Position numbers and translations under genes: made by a program. The notes under the pieces were generated by a model. It was not told the DNA's origin, did no database searches, and saw only the letters and a program-made list of their open reading frames with translations. From Anthoceros angustus (Eukaryota; Plantae; Anthocerotophyta), in NCBI GenBank assembly GCA_010909165.1, contig MU008166.1, positions 1,302,001 to 1,366,000 on the forward strand: a stretch of 64,000 nt of DNA, in the 5' to 3' direction. This document shows positions 10,800 to 22,801 of this stretch, in pieces (within the stretch, counting starts at the first letter, position 1; each line of letters starts with the position of its first letter).

Positions 10800-13760
10800 C
10801 ATAGTCCTTGAAGAGACACGTGAAAGTGACTTCACAACGGTGGAGAGCGATGACGATGTGCGTGTTATATGGAGGGGGAACGGAGGATATGGTTGCCCGA
10901 TGGGGACCTTTTTCTGCACGATCCTGCACGATGCGCGAGGCGAGAGGATCGCACAAGAGGAGCTCGCGACGCTTAACCGGATGTCCGCTCGACGCCGCGA
11001 CGCAGGCCCGTGCCACCACGAGGCAGACTGCACCATCCATCCGGACTTCTTCGATCACGCGGGCGCATCGCGAAGATGTACCTCGGGCGCATTTGGCGTA
11101 AACCGGATAACACCGGACGCCGCCGGGCGACAAGGTCGGCCCCGGATGCCGGGGGTCCTGTGAATACTATCGAGAATGTGCTACACCAGGCAGGAACACT
11201 GGGCAAGACTCTGATGTGGAGAGTGTTGCAGAGTCTCCGGACTTTGGTGAGAAGATCCACAGCATTGTTGATTTTGGGCTTGGCTTGGAAACAATATCGC
11301 ACGCGGGTGATGGCGGAGTTGCAAGTACTGGGAGTCGTCCAAGAGCTAATGTGGTCCGTGGTCCCGGATCTTTGTTTGGTGATTGTGATGCCATCCAGTT
11401 GGAGTTGCCTGAGATGATGCCTCGCGCACATCCGAAGCCAAAAGGTGAGGATTTGCAACGGCCGCACAGACGCTTGCGTAAAGTACCTCGCCGAGCTAGA
11501 ATGGATTTGGTCTTAGAGAAGCATTGTTCAGGGCCAAGTTGTGCGCGATTTAAAGCGGCATTGTTGTGACAAAAATGTTTAGAGTGTTGGCCATTCAAAT
11601 TGAAGGTGATTCGTGTAGCATTCTTCCGCATGACAAAAGGAGAGCAGAACAGCATTTGCAAGACCATCGGATCCGATCAAGACGAAGAGGAGTTGTTGCC
11701 CATAGTATGGATAAACCGGATTCCACATGGGAAGAAACAGTGTGTGTGAGGGCTTCGGGTTTTCGCATTGGGTCACTAAGATACAAGAATGCGCAAACTG
11801 GTAGTGAAAAATGTTAGATGGACCGGGCTACTCGCAAAGCAGCCAACGCCATATGGATTACACGTCATGTGGATGGACGTTTTCTTCAAAGGTATGGAAA
11901 GATCGCCGAATCGGAAGTCTTCAACTTGCCGACTCGTACTAAAGAGGAGATCTTCATTGAGTATGCCAGGCAGCAGAACTGATCACGTGCTCCCACGTTT
12001 GTTACAGCTACTTTTGCAAGCTTTGGATGAAGTATTTCGGTGTTAAAATACCACTGCAGTTCGCCACCGCATCGCGATGACCTAAAGAGGAAAATAAAAG
12101 ACGCAGGTCGGACCACGTAAGGTGAGATGGCGGTCCTTATTCCAGCGGTCACCGGATGTCCGCGCGAACTTTGGCGCAACCCATGGCCTCATACCCTTTT
12201 CTTGCGAATGAAGGCGGGGGGCTTGAAACAAACTGTGCACATTCCGACGCCTTATTGTTGCGTGTGACAAGAATGGAGCGCTGAGTCCAGAGAACAACAA
12301 CAAGGAGCGAAAATGGCGCGCACCGCAAGTGCTGGGCAGCGGCTAAGTTCATTGGTATTGCCATAGATGGTATGGACCAAAAACAGTTGCCCCATTACCG
12401 CAGATTGCCAAAGACGGTTGATTGGAGCCCTTGTCGGGCTTCACGTTCTAGGTGCTGGTGTTCAACTACTTGCGCACTGAGTGTATTTGAGTTTCGAATG
12501 TGAGAAATGATCCGAATGGAATCAGAGCCGTGATTCAGATGTTATCAATACACGGAGGGGCCCCCTATTCTATACTTGCGGATGGACAACACCTGCTCAA
12601 AACAAGAATCGGAGGCATATCCGTCCATGCTTGTGGCGAAGGTATCTTCAAAAAATCAAGGTGGGGTTTCTTCTTGTTGGCCATACCCACGATCGATTGA
12701 CCAAATGTTTTCGAGGTTCTCTAGGGTTGAAGGATGCTTTCACACCGCCTGAAATGATAGGGTTCCGGAGCGGGCGACACCCCATCACCGCATTCACATC
12801 AAGGAGGTGCGGACTTCAAGACCTATCTATGGCGAAGGGGATCCGCAACGTATGACTTGCATAATCACGTTTTCAACACGGTTCAAAATAACAAGGAGAA
12901 GCGCTATCGAGAGGACGGATCGTGCTAAGATGCAAGGAGTTTTCAAGTTCGATCCTGGTCACCGGAGGTGGTGTGGCTATTACGTCAGGGGTGCCACCAC
13001 GGGTGATTGTGGACTCCATTGTTGCCGTTGGTCCCATCACATGCCCAAGGTAAAGGAAAGGGACAAGCAAAGCGGAAGGATGCCTGATGTAATGACGATA
13101 GTCTCCAAGGCGCGTAGTGTAGTAGTGGAGTCCATGAAGTAAAAGCGGCCTAGAACGCACCACATATGAATGTGGAGCAACTATGGTGGGATACGTGGGA
13201 TGAACAGTAGCAATAGCCGAGACTAGCAGCATTCCATTCCATTCGTTGGAGAGAATGGTCTTGGTACACTCATGATGAAGAAAACGAGGTACCACCAGAG
13301 ACCCTCCAGACTCAACTTTGGTTGATCCCGCAATGGCCGACGGATTTTTGGACATGGTGGAGGTGTACAGGGCACATCGGAGGGAGGGCAAGGCGAGGCT
13401 GTCGAGGTTGTGTGAAGGAGATTGAGGAGGGAATGATGGCTGGGGGGATGATCGAGGACCATTCCTCGCAAAAGTGGTGGAGGTGGACCATGATCGGGGT
13501 CCCTTTCATGATAGTTCATTGGTGGCGATGAGAACAATGATGCATTCGAGGGAAGGTACATGGAGGAGTTTGATACGGCGCCCACCGTCGAGGGAAAAAG
13601 TGCGATCAAAGAATGGAGGCAGAGGCGTCGGAGAAGCATTTGCAAAGCCTCAACTTCGAGACAAATGTGCCGGCCTATGATTTGCCGACAAGGAACAAGA
13701 CGCTTGCAGAGGACGCATAATGAATGATAAAGACCAAAGTCTTTGAGTTGCGCCTCGATG
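10800..13760 (+). pseudogene. DUF7869-like (Sola-type DDD) transposase, frameshifted
   Basis: In order: WMDVFF..MERSPN (about 11870-11910), KIP (about 12046), IDGMDQK-QLPHYRRLPK (12363-12413), LYLRMDN..NKN (D at 12585), IKVGFLLVGHTHD-IDQMFS (12655-12713), GRIVLRCKEFSSS (about 12915-12955), then a C-terminal PFLAKVVEVDHDRG..IVHWWR (13459-13528). The start position is approximate. Confidence 0.75.
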
Positions 13761-13899
13761 AACCGGCGAGACTTCCGCCACCGACACGAATGTCATGCCC
13801 AAGACATGATTGACTAAGACCTCGACAATGTGGAATCAACGGATGAGTCCACGTGACGTGGTGGACCACCGGATGGTCCGGACTCGGAGAGGAGCCTAG

Positions 13900-15130
13900 T
13901 AGGCAACCTAATATTGTCAACTTTCCGCCTTGTACCGAACCGTTATGTCCCCTGCTTGAATGCGTGGATTGTTTTCTTTTCGTGAAAGGTTTATGCCACC
14001 CGGCATCATCTCGCTTGTAGGAAGTTGACGGTGTGATAATGTCCGGAGCATGTAACGGGCGACTATGTCGAAACCGATCCCAGAATGTGGTGCTCTAATT
14101 TTCTAACAATGTTCCGTGGTTTTGTCCAGCTTGAGAGTAGCAGCGAGGTTTCAATGGTGATCATGCAGTCATCTATGTTCGACCTTGCAGGTGGCAAGTG
14201 TCCCAGAGGATGGTCATGCCCAGGATGTCCGTGGCAAAGGTATGTATGCCGCAGCAAGTGCGCCAATGTTTGTTTTTCGGTTCTAGTTCCGGGACCGCCC
14301 TAATGACTATGGGGTGGAACGGGACTGGGGTGGCAGCTCGGTGGCCGCGAACGGACGCACACAAGAAAACGGTGAGTACCAAGACGGGCTCAAAACGCGC
14401 CTTCCTCCACCGCTTCCACCGCCGAGGTTGTCTTCCACCTCCTTTGGTTTTGTGCACGCCGCCATCCTCCTCGGAGAGCCGCCTCACGCCATGCTCCTCC
14501 ACCTCCTTCCACCTCGACTGTTGTCCGGTTTTGCCTCTGCTTTGTTCCGCCCCTCCTTACGCCCCATCCATCCAACCTTCCTTGAACTAACTCGCTGCTT
14601 GCAGCCCTTCCGGATGAGGACTCTGCAGAGGTGGCTACGAGTCACCACCTCGTATCACAAGGGAGGATGTGGAGGCAAAGCGAGCGCAAGGCGGAGAAGG
14701 ATGGAAGTTGCCCATCCAGACTTGTGGAGGCCATTTGGGTCTCCAACAGGCAAGTAAGGTGGAAAGTGGCTGGTCATCTCCTTCCATGCAGGGTGGCGGG
14801 CATCAGAGATTTTCCAGATGCCGCAGAGGTAGGAAAAGCCAAGGGGCTGGAAGAGGACTATAGGATAGCGAAGGAGGGGTTCCCGGAGGCGAAACGGGTG
14901 CAAAGAACTCAGCATGTCCGCAGAGGAAGGAGGGGTGAAGGAAGAGCTGAGGACCGCCCCGTCCCAAAGAATTGTTTAAAGCTTCGTGACCTTGCAGCCT
15001 GAGTCCATGCAATACGCGAATGAAGGTTGCCGCAGAGGAGGCCGGCCGACCGGGAGCGGGAGTCGGGTGGAAGTGAAGGAGGAGGCAAGCACTTACTGCT
15101 ACCTTTTCGCTGAGAGTTGAGCATTCGCAT
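13900..15130 (-). pseudogene. Third gene of the putative DNA transposon, convergent on the transposase; possible degenerate MTase-like protein
   Basis: Protein-like minus-strand frames: YPIVLFQPLGFSYLCGIWKISDARHPAWKEM, and GIHTFATDI(P)G..HP.WD.LPP with D-I at 14229-14224. Several frameshift corrections are needed. Confidence 0.35.
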
Positions 15131-15311
15131 GCACTAACGGGCTGTCATTGTGCGTAGACAGTGATGGGGACACCTTGGCAAACCGGAGGAGCACTGGAGA
15201 TAGGAGCGTGAAGTGGGTTACCTAGGTTTTTTTGCAAGCGATGAGACTAGAAGGGGCGGAGGGGGAAGAGAAAGGGAGGAGAGGGGGGTTGAGGAACGAG
15301 CTTCGTGGCAC

Positions 15312-17020
15312 TGTGGAAGACCATGTGCACTACAACATCCCAAGTGTCGATGAACGATTTTTTGTTTTGGATGTGTTAGAATAGCAAAGTGCTTTGAGAA
15401 TCGCTCCGAGTCCAGTCTTTATAATGGAATGGTCCTGGCCCTTGGAGATACAATAATAATTTTAGTTTGACCCCGTGAGGTGGGATAGAAATAGAGTCCC
15501 ATGGGAATTTTAGAATAAAAGGTGTCTATATATGCTAGGGATGTCACAATATGCCACAGCTTGAGTAGTCAAGGGAGGTGGCTAGTTCCACCACGTGGCC
15601 GAGAACGGACGATGCACTGTGGGGAATTTACAACCCTAGTGGCGGAGCGGACTACTACCGGAGCGCAATCGAGAAGGCACACCCAAGATCGAGGACTTTC
15701 CGTGAGGGGTCGCCGAGCGGAGCCGCAGAAGAGGGGCGCGCATAACCACGCCAGCCAAGCGGCCTGTGAGGAAGGCGCCACGATCGTGACAGCCGGGCAG
15801 AGAGAAATCGGGCGCCTGCAAGTTCCGAGGAGGCGTGGAAGGAGTTGGCGCTATCCTCCGCGTGGTGGCCGGAGGAGATGAGGAGGCGGAGGCCGAGCAT
15901 GAGGAGGAGCACACGTATGGTTGTCCAATGAGAGGAGCGGACAATGGACATAGAGGTCACAAAGGCCAGCAACGCCGCTGGAAGGCGCGAGGGAAATTCA
16001 AAAAGGAGAGCGAGGTGGAGGTTGTGGGGAAAATCGCCTGACTGAGGCGAGGTCAAGAGCGAGAGGGGTCCCCATGGGCCGAGGGGCGAGGCAAAGAATC
16101 GCGGAGGCGGCAGCTGATTTTAGGAGTCGCGATAGCCTAGGACCGGGTTTTTCAGCGAGAGGATAGGGAGTTCCATCACCAGAGGCTGTTGCTTAGATTG
16201 GTAAGGCGCCGTGGTAGGAGCTACAATTTTAGACACTAAAGAGAAGTGAGTGGTTGGACCACAGATGTATAAGAGACCCTTGGGTGTCTCTCAAGGACGA
16301 TTTCGTGTGAACTTCCGTATCGAACCCGGGGTTGATTGAGACGTCAAGATCAAACGGGCGCACTGCCTTCGTCACAAGAAGGCCGGAAGATCTCGGATGG
16401 TCGAGAGCGGAGTGGCCAAGCCCACTGGGTAAAGGAAGGAAGGCCGAAAAAAGAGGCGGACGGCCGAGGCGGAACCGGGCGAATCGCCCAAGCAATCGAC
16501 CGGGTTTTCCGATCCTCTTTTCCAACCGCCACTGTGTGTTCATTCCATGAGAGGGGTCTGTGGCCCAAGGAGGGGTCTGTGGCCCAAGGAGGGGGTCTGT
16601 GGAGGAGAGCGAGAGAGTTCAGAAGGGGAAAGGTTCCTGAGGGTAGAAGTGCTACCGGGAGGGATTGTGAGTGTGAGGGAAAATCGAAACGCGAGGAGGA
16701 AGTGGTGGAATCGCAGAAATTCCTAAGTAAGGTGAGGCGAGGTATAGGTGTCCATAGCCCCTAGGTCCGTAGAGAAGGATTTAATAGACTCGCGAAGGCG
16801 GGCGGTGTAGGGCTCACACAGGTAACCGCCACGCGGTGGCCGAGTCTACCACTGGTGGGTTTGGTAGCTGGAGAAGGTGGGGTAGTGAGCGACGCAGGTC
16901 TAGAATCCATAGATTTAGCACACCTTGACACAACACCATTCCCTTGGGATCGAATCCTAGGACTATAACGACATAGAGGGTAAATGTGGCCTCTGCCTTC
17001 GATGCAAAACCCATTCCACA
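15312..17020 (+). repeat. 5' LTR of the Gypsy element (contains 3 copies of GAGGGGGTCTGTGGCCCAAG-like repeats at about 16550-16605)
   Basis: Collinear with 22802-24568, has TG...CA termini and is followed by the PBS. Confidence 0.9.
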
Positions 17021-17479
17021 TTTTGGCGCTTTGGGAATGAAATCAAGGTTATAGGGGACTAACCATAGCTTAGGTGTCTAGTTTTGGAGTGTATCTAGTT
17101 AGGTAGATGGATGCCACGGTTGAGTCGAGGGTTCAGAGTCAAGCCCGGACCACAAGAGAAGCGACAACGCCAAGCAATCGGAAAGGTTAAAAGGGTTGCA
17201 AAACCGCGAGTTGAGGAGGGTCCACCAAGACGACCTGGGAAGGAGAAGGTAAGGAAGCAACTGTGGACGGGGTCCGATCTTGTTGAGCAAGATCCCCAAC
17301 CTCGGACTTGGACGAGGTACCACCGCCAAGGAACCTCGACCAATTCCATCCACGACCTCTCTTCCAAAAGTGTGCGATCGTTGGAGATCAATCGACTAGA
17401 ACCGTTGGACCAACCACACCGAATCAAGAACGATAGTCATGACCACCACCAGGGTGGTGGTCACCACCAAGCAACCTTA

Positions 17480-20400
17480 TCCGGATGGAGAGGGAAGGGT
17501 ATGAAGACCGATGAATTTGTTGAGCGCTTTGAGCAGACATTTGCAAAACCAGAAGCGGAGATGCCAACAGATTCATTGTGTCTATGGAGTTCTTCGGGGT
17601 CCAGTGGTATAGGCGCAATACCTCAAGTCACACCTCCAAAGAACCTATGAAGAATTAAAACCGCCTCGAAAGGTCTGTGGGGCTTGACGAGGGATACGTG
17701 TTGTCCAAGCTTGCCAGCAGAGGAAAGAAGGAAACCTTGCAGCGTGTGAGAGGTTTCACCACGCGATCAAGTGGCCCTCACTCGAGTTGCAGCAATACGG
17801 TGGTTCGCTAAAGGCCTGGGTTCTAAGATGGGGAGACACGAAGGTTACAAGCGGAGAAGAATTTGGGCAAGGCTATCAAGGCGCTAAACTATGAGGAATC
17901 CAACCCAAGGGAGGAGGAAGGCTAAGAAGGAGAAGAAGAAGCCTGTGGATCGAAAAAGAAGGATCCTCATCCTCCCTAAGGAAGTTCATCGTGAAGAAAG
18001 CTCCACGTAAGATTCCACGTAAAGTTCCTGAGGAGGAAACGAGTGATGTCGGAGGAAGGCCATCGATGAGGAGCCAAAAAAAAGAAATGAAGGGTCGCAC
18101 GGACAACAAGGAGCAAGGGCAAAACAGAGGCGATGTACAAAAGGAGAACAAGCGAGGAGGGAGGCCGAGGTAGCCAAGAAAGTAGAACAACAGGGAACAA
18201 GATGGAGGAGATGATGGCAAAATTCGAGAAATTCCATCTTAATGCCAAGGAACATGAGAGGCGAGAGTCACGAACCCACGAGCCAACCTCTTCGCTCAAC
18301 GTGTGGGCAGCAGGACACTCCAAAGCTAATTGTCCGACGACAAGGGTACACCCGGGATATGAGGAAGAGGAGGAAGAGGGTCCGTGGAAGATACATACGA
18401 TCCGGAGGTTCACCAACCCAAGTGTACCCAAAGACCATGTACCCGCCAACCTACGAATTCCACGGGTAGGCGTCAGAATCACCGGGTAATCCAATGGGCA
18501 CCGCCTTGTGCTATAATTGTCGCAACCTTGACACTATGACCCTATCCAACTCGTCAAGGCAATGGAGATTTTGATAAACTATGTCAAGATTGCAAGCAGC
18601 GGTGAAGTGTGCTCGCCAAAGCCCCGAAAGACGGTGAGGATCACAGCCCACCCGAACGGAGTTCAAGACCAAACCCAGTCCGGTCCGCCATGCATGTTGA
18701 GGACGACTTATGGCGGTATGGGAGGATGCCGAGATTGGAACCCCGAGGAGCTTGAGGGATTAGACGCAGAGGAAGCGATTATTATGGGGAAGCCTCCGCC
18801 ATGGTCGTTAGAACAAGGAGCACAAAAGCAAAAGAGAGGCGTGGGGAAAAAAGAAGAAAGGAGGGGATACGCACGGGATCGATGAGGGAGAGAGTGTCGC
18901 CACCACTGGAAATACCAACACCAAGGAACGCTAAAAGATTTAAAAAACAAGTCCCGCAGTGACTTGGATGGACCATATGTGCAAAAGAGTGATGCCGAGA
19001 CATTGAGTGTTCCACGGAAAGGTGAATGAAGGGTCTGACGAAGGGGGTGGAACCCCACCGATTTCGAGAAAGTTACCGAACCGAGTTAGGGTTTCCACGG
19101 ACGACGGGAGAAGTCATGGATATGATACAAGAAGAATTGGCAAGGAGGCTACGGGGGAAAAGGCGGGTGTCGATTTCCACCACCCTGTGGGAGTCCACCA
19201 CCCCACCGGAAGGGCCACCACCCAAGTCATGACGAACCGGAACCCACACCAACCAAACTCGGATGGAGGTCGGGCCACCGCTTTTCAATCTCGCCGAGGC
19301 CATCATGGACCAACATTTCATGATCACATTCGACAACTCCTCCGAGACAATCCGCGTATAGGCAACATCGAGGGCGTTAAAAGAGGCGCAACCCAAAAGA
19401 GGCGCAATGTTCCTATACCAGCGTGCCGCATGTGAACTTGGTATCCATGGTGGATCAAGGCCCACCAACCTGTGGAAATTTCGGATGTCATCAAAGGAGT
19501 GCCTCGACACGGGTCGTGTAAATATTATGACGTAAGACACGGCTAGGAAATTGGGCTTGGATATTGAACATACTACCAAGGTTTTGAGGCTAGCCGACAT
19601 GTCCGTAATGGTTTGGGGAACCGGCGGGTGCTAACGACCATTGGAACCATCCCTACTTGATGGATTATGTAGTCATCCAAAGAAAATCGCTGTGGTACGA
19701 CCCTAATTGGCCGAACATGGATGTACGATCGCAATGCACGCCAAGTGGGAAGGAAGTCGGTTTTAAACCGCTGGAATGGGATCCCAAGACCAAGGAGGGA
19801 AGGATGTGCCTATCGTGGAGTAAGGACATGTATGCAGTGAAACTCCAATCAAACAGAGGGTACACTCGCAGAGGACACGTCCGGGAGATGAAGAGGAAGA
19901 TAGGTTCCGCTCGCACACACATCTCATGGTCTCGATGAGGAGCAGACTACCGCAGAGATATCCCATATACAATTAACCCAAGAGGGTCACGGGTAACCGA
20001 ATGCTCCGCAAGGGGTCCGGCGGATTCTAAGCAGTGGAGAAAGCCGGAGGAGGCGCCACGCTCACGCCGGAAGAATTTGTTTAGGAATGGGGCATGAGAG
20101 AAGAGGAACCGGAGCCGTAAGAAGGATTCGGGTTAGCACCGCACGAGAGCGCGAGTGGGTACAGATGAAGTCAAGGACGCTTGAGGTTCTTCCGTGAAGG
20201 TGCTCAAATTCTCCGTAACAATGGATGCGGCGTTGGAGGAAGGAATGAAGCAACCGCTGTAATTTATCGATGTTTTCCGAGGTAACAGACATGAAGGGAT
20301 CCCCAAAGAATGGGGCGAGCATAGGATTGACTCGGAACCGTGAGCAATCCCAGAAGGATTCCACAAGACAAGTTAAACCAAGTACTCCCTCAAGGTAAAG

Positions 20401-22770
20401 GATCGCTTGAGATGTACCTCAAGGCGACGTGATCTATCCTATAGTCAATACCGAATGGGTGGCTCCAATAGTGGTAGTACTAAGAGGCCCAGCAAAATCC
20501 GAGTTTGTCGATGGAGAAGGTTGAATAAGGTCACCAAGAAGGATCACTCGCTACCCTTCATCGATAATATCCTCGGATCCGTCGCAGTGTAATGGCGATT
20601 CATTCCTAGACGGTACTGGGTATAATCACCGCACCTTAGGGAGAGCGATTCTCACCGCTTTTACAACCGACCGGGGACATATGCTTACAAGCGCGTGACG
20701 GTTGACGGAGCACCGGGTCCTTCATGCGAGCCATCACAAAATTTTCAAGGACTTCCTCCGCGACTTTATGGAAGTTTTCCGACTTCGCGATGGGTCAAGG
20801 ACCATCCGCCGCACCTGAAGTGCTCGGAGCGCCGCCGAGCAACGCAATTATGCTCGCATCCGTAAAAGTGCTACTGCATGTCGAAGGAATTCGCTAGCAT
20901 CGAATTTCAAGCCGAGGTATAGAAGTAGATCCGGACAAGGTAAAGGTCATCGCCACCCTTAGAGCACCAATAACGCTAAAGGAACTCCGCGGTTCCCGGG
21001 ATGGTCGGTATTATAGACGCTTGCTCCAAATTTCGCCAAGCGCTGCCCCACTAACGAGCTTGTTAAGGAAGGAGTGGGAATGGACGACGCAACGGAGGAA
21101 GCATTCGTGACTTACGCACACATCGCCAGCCCCACGCTAAAAGGACCGGATCGAGTAAGAAGTTCCACGCTGCTGATGTTTCAAAGATTTGCAATTGGCC
21201 CCCAGCACGGATGAGAAGAAGAAGGATTTTCCGATCTACTATGGAGACAACTAACGGACGCGGACAAAAGTATACCACCACGGAGCCAAGCACCGGAATG
21301 GTTTACTCCGGAAATTCGACACTACCTCCTCTCGTATGAATTTGTGTTCCATGTTGACCACTTTGCCTTGAAACACCTTGTGAATAAACCTCGACCTTTC
21401 GGACGATAGCACTGGATCTTGCCGCTGAGTTTACCTTCAAAGGAAACGAGAGGGTAGGAAGCATATCAATGCCGACTTCATATCTCGATTGAAAACAGGA
21501 AGGTGGAAAGGACCAGAAGACGACTTTCCGATGAGACACTGTCATAGGAGTTGCAAACCAACGTGAAGCCCCGAAGGAGGAGAGCCAAGATCGATTGAGA
21601 AGGGAGGTGGCTTCAAGACCAACATATCGAGATATACGATCTTGGCACGGGCCAAATTCCTCCACATCTATCCAAGACACATTCAAAGTCATTCCACTAC
21701 TCCGCACTATTCACGGCACAATATGAATTTATACCGAGTCACCCCGACGGTGGTGGAGCGTTATGGCACGCATCAAGCGTGAGAGTCCCGAGCTCTTTAC
21801 ACTAAGAAGAGGGAGGTCATTATGCCGCATGTCACATGCAGAAAATTTTGAGGTCAAGCTATTGGTGGCCTACAATGTACAAGGATGCCAAGGAGTTCGT
21901 GAAGCGCCGTGACGCTTGCCAAAGGGTCGGCAAGCCAACAAAGCAACAACCCAATGGCCCCTTGTCCCCATACTTGCACTCGCACCATTCGAGAAATGGG
22001 GAATCGATTTTGTCGGTCCTATCCAGCCCAAAACCAAGGCTCGCCAAAACCAATACATCCCGTGGCCACAGACATCAGACGCGGATGGTAGAAGCACGCA
22101 CCGCCGTAGATTCGCGCACGCCGTGGCGATTCCTGCTCGAGCAAATCATCACCGATATGGCTGCACTGAGCCGGGTCGATGACAGAGAACACATTTCGTC
22201 AATCGTAATCTCCAACATGACCACTTCAACGCCGCCATGTGAAGTCCACGCCTTTATAACCCAAAAGCCAATACTAAAAGGCAAATGGCTTGTTGTGCAA
22301 GATCCTAACCAAACTCACCGCTATGATGATCGATATGAAATCGATTCAAGACCGGGCGATGGATCATGGAAAAGTGACAACGCAAGAAACCCCGATTATC
22401 TTTACGGCATTCTCATGCCAATAATAGAATTCAAGTTCCCACCCCGAGAATACAGAACCAAGTCGAATGCCGGAGGAAAGTCAAAGGTTGGTAGGTTTCA
22501 GACGACACACGGAGGATGAGAACAAGCCTCCAAGTTATGCGGATGTCCAAAGAAGGAGGAAGGAGTGGCACGACAAGAGATTGAAGGCCAAGAATACGTT
22601 GTTCCCGGGATCCGCTTTACTATATGATAACCGATACATGCATTTTCTGTAAATTACATCTCGATGGATGGGGCCCTTCGTAGTTTCGACCAACGGATCA
22701 ATTCAACTCAAGATTTTAGTGGCTCACCTCGCCAACGCCAACTGGCGGGTCAAGAAATATTAAATAAGTT
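17480..22770 (+). pseudogene. gag-pol: Gypsy gag-pol polyprotein, heavily frameshifted
   Basis: gag KTDEFVERFEQTF (17500); zinc knuckle CYNCRNL (18509); protease region NIMT.DTARKLGL..LRLADMS (about 19520-19600); RT RLNKVTKKDHSLPFIDNIL (20518); RNase H KFRHYLLSYEFVFHVDH (about 21313); NADFISRL..DDFP (about 21467-21530); integrase KILRSSYWWPTMYKDAKEFV and APFEKWGIDFVGPI (21840-22023). Confidence 0.9.
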
Positions 22771-22801
22771 GGCGAGGACGCCAACAAATGAGAAGGGAGT
22801 A

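Larger units (their letters stand above)
5460..15311. mobile_element. Putative multi-gene cut-and-paste DNA transposon (DUF7869/Sola-like transposase plus methyltransferase cargo), interrupted on the right by a Gypsy insertion
   Basis: Contiguous GC-rich block with a DDD-type transposase on plus flanked by two minus-strand genes. Termini (TIR/TSD) were not identified; the element may continue at 24569-25300. Confidence 0.6.
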
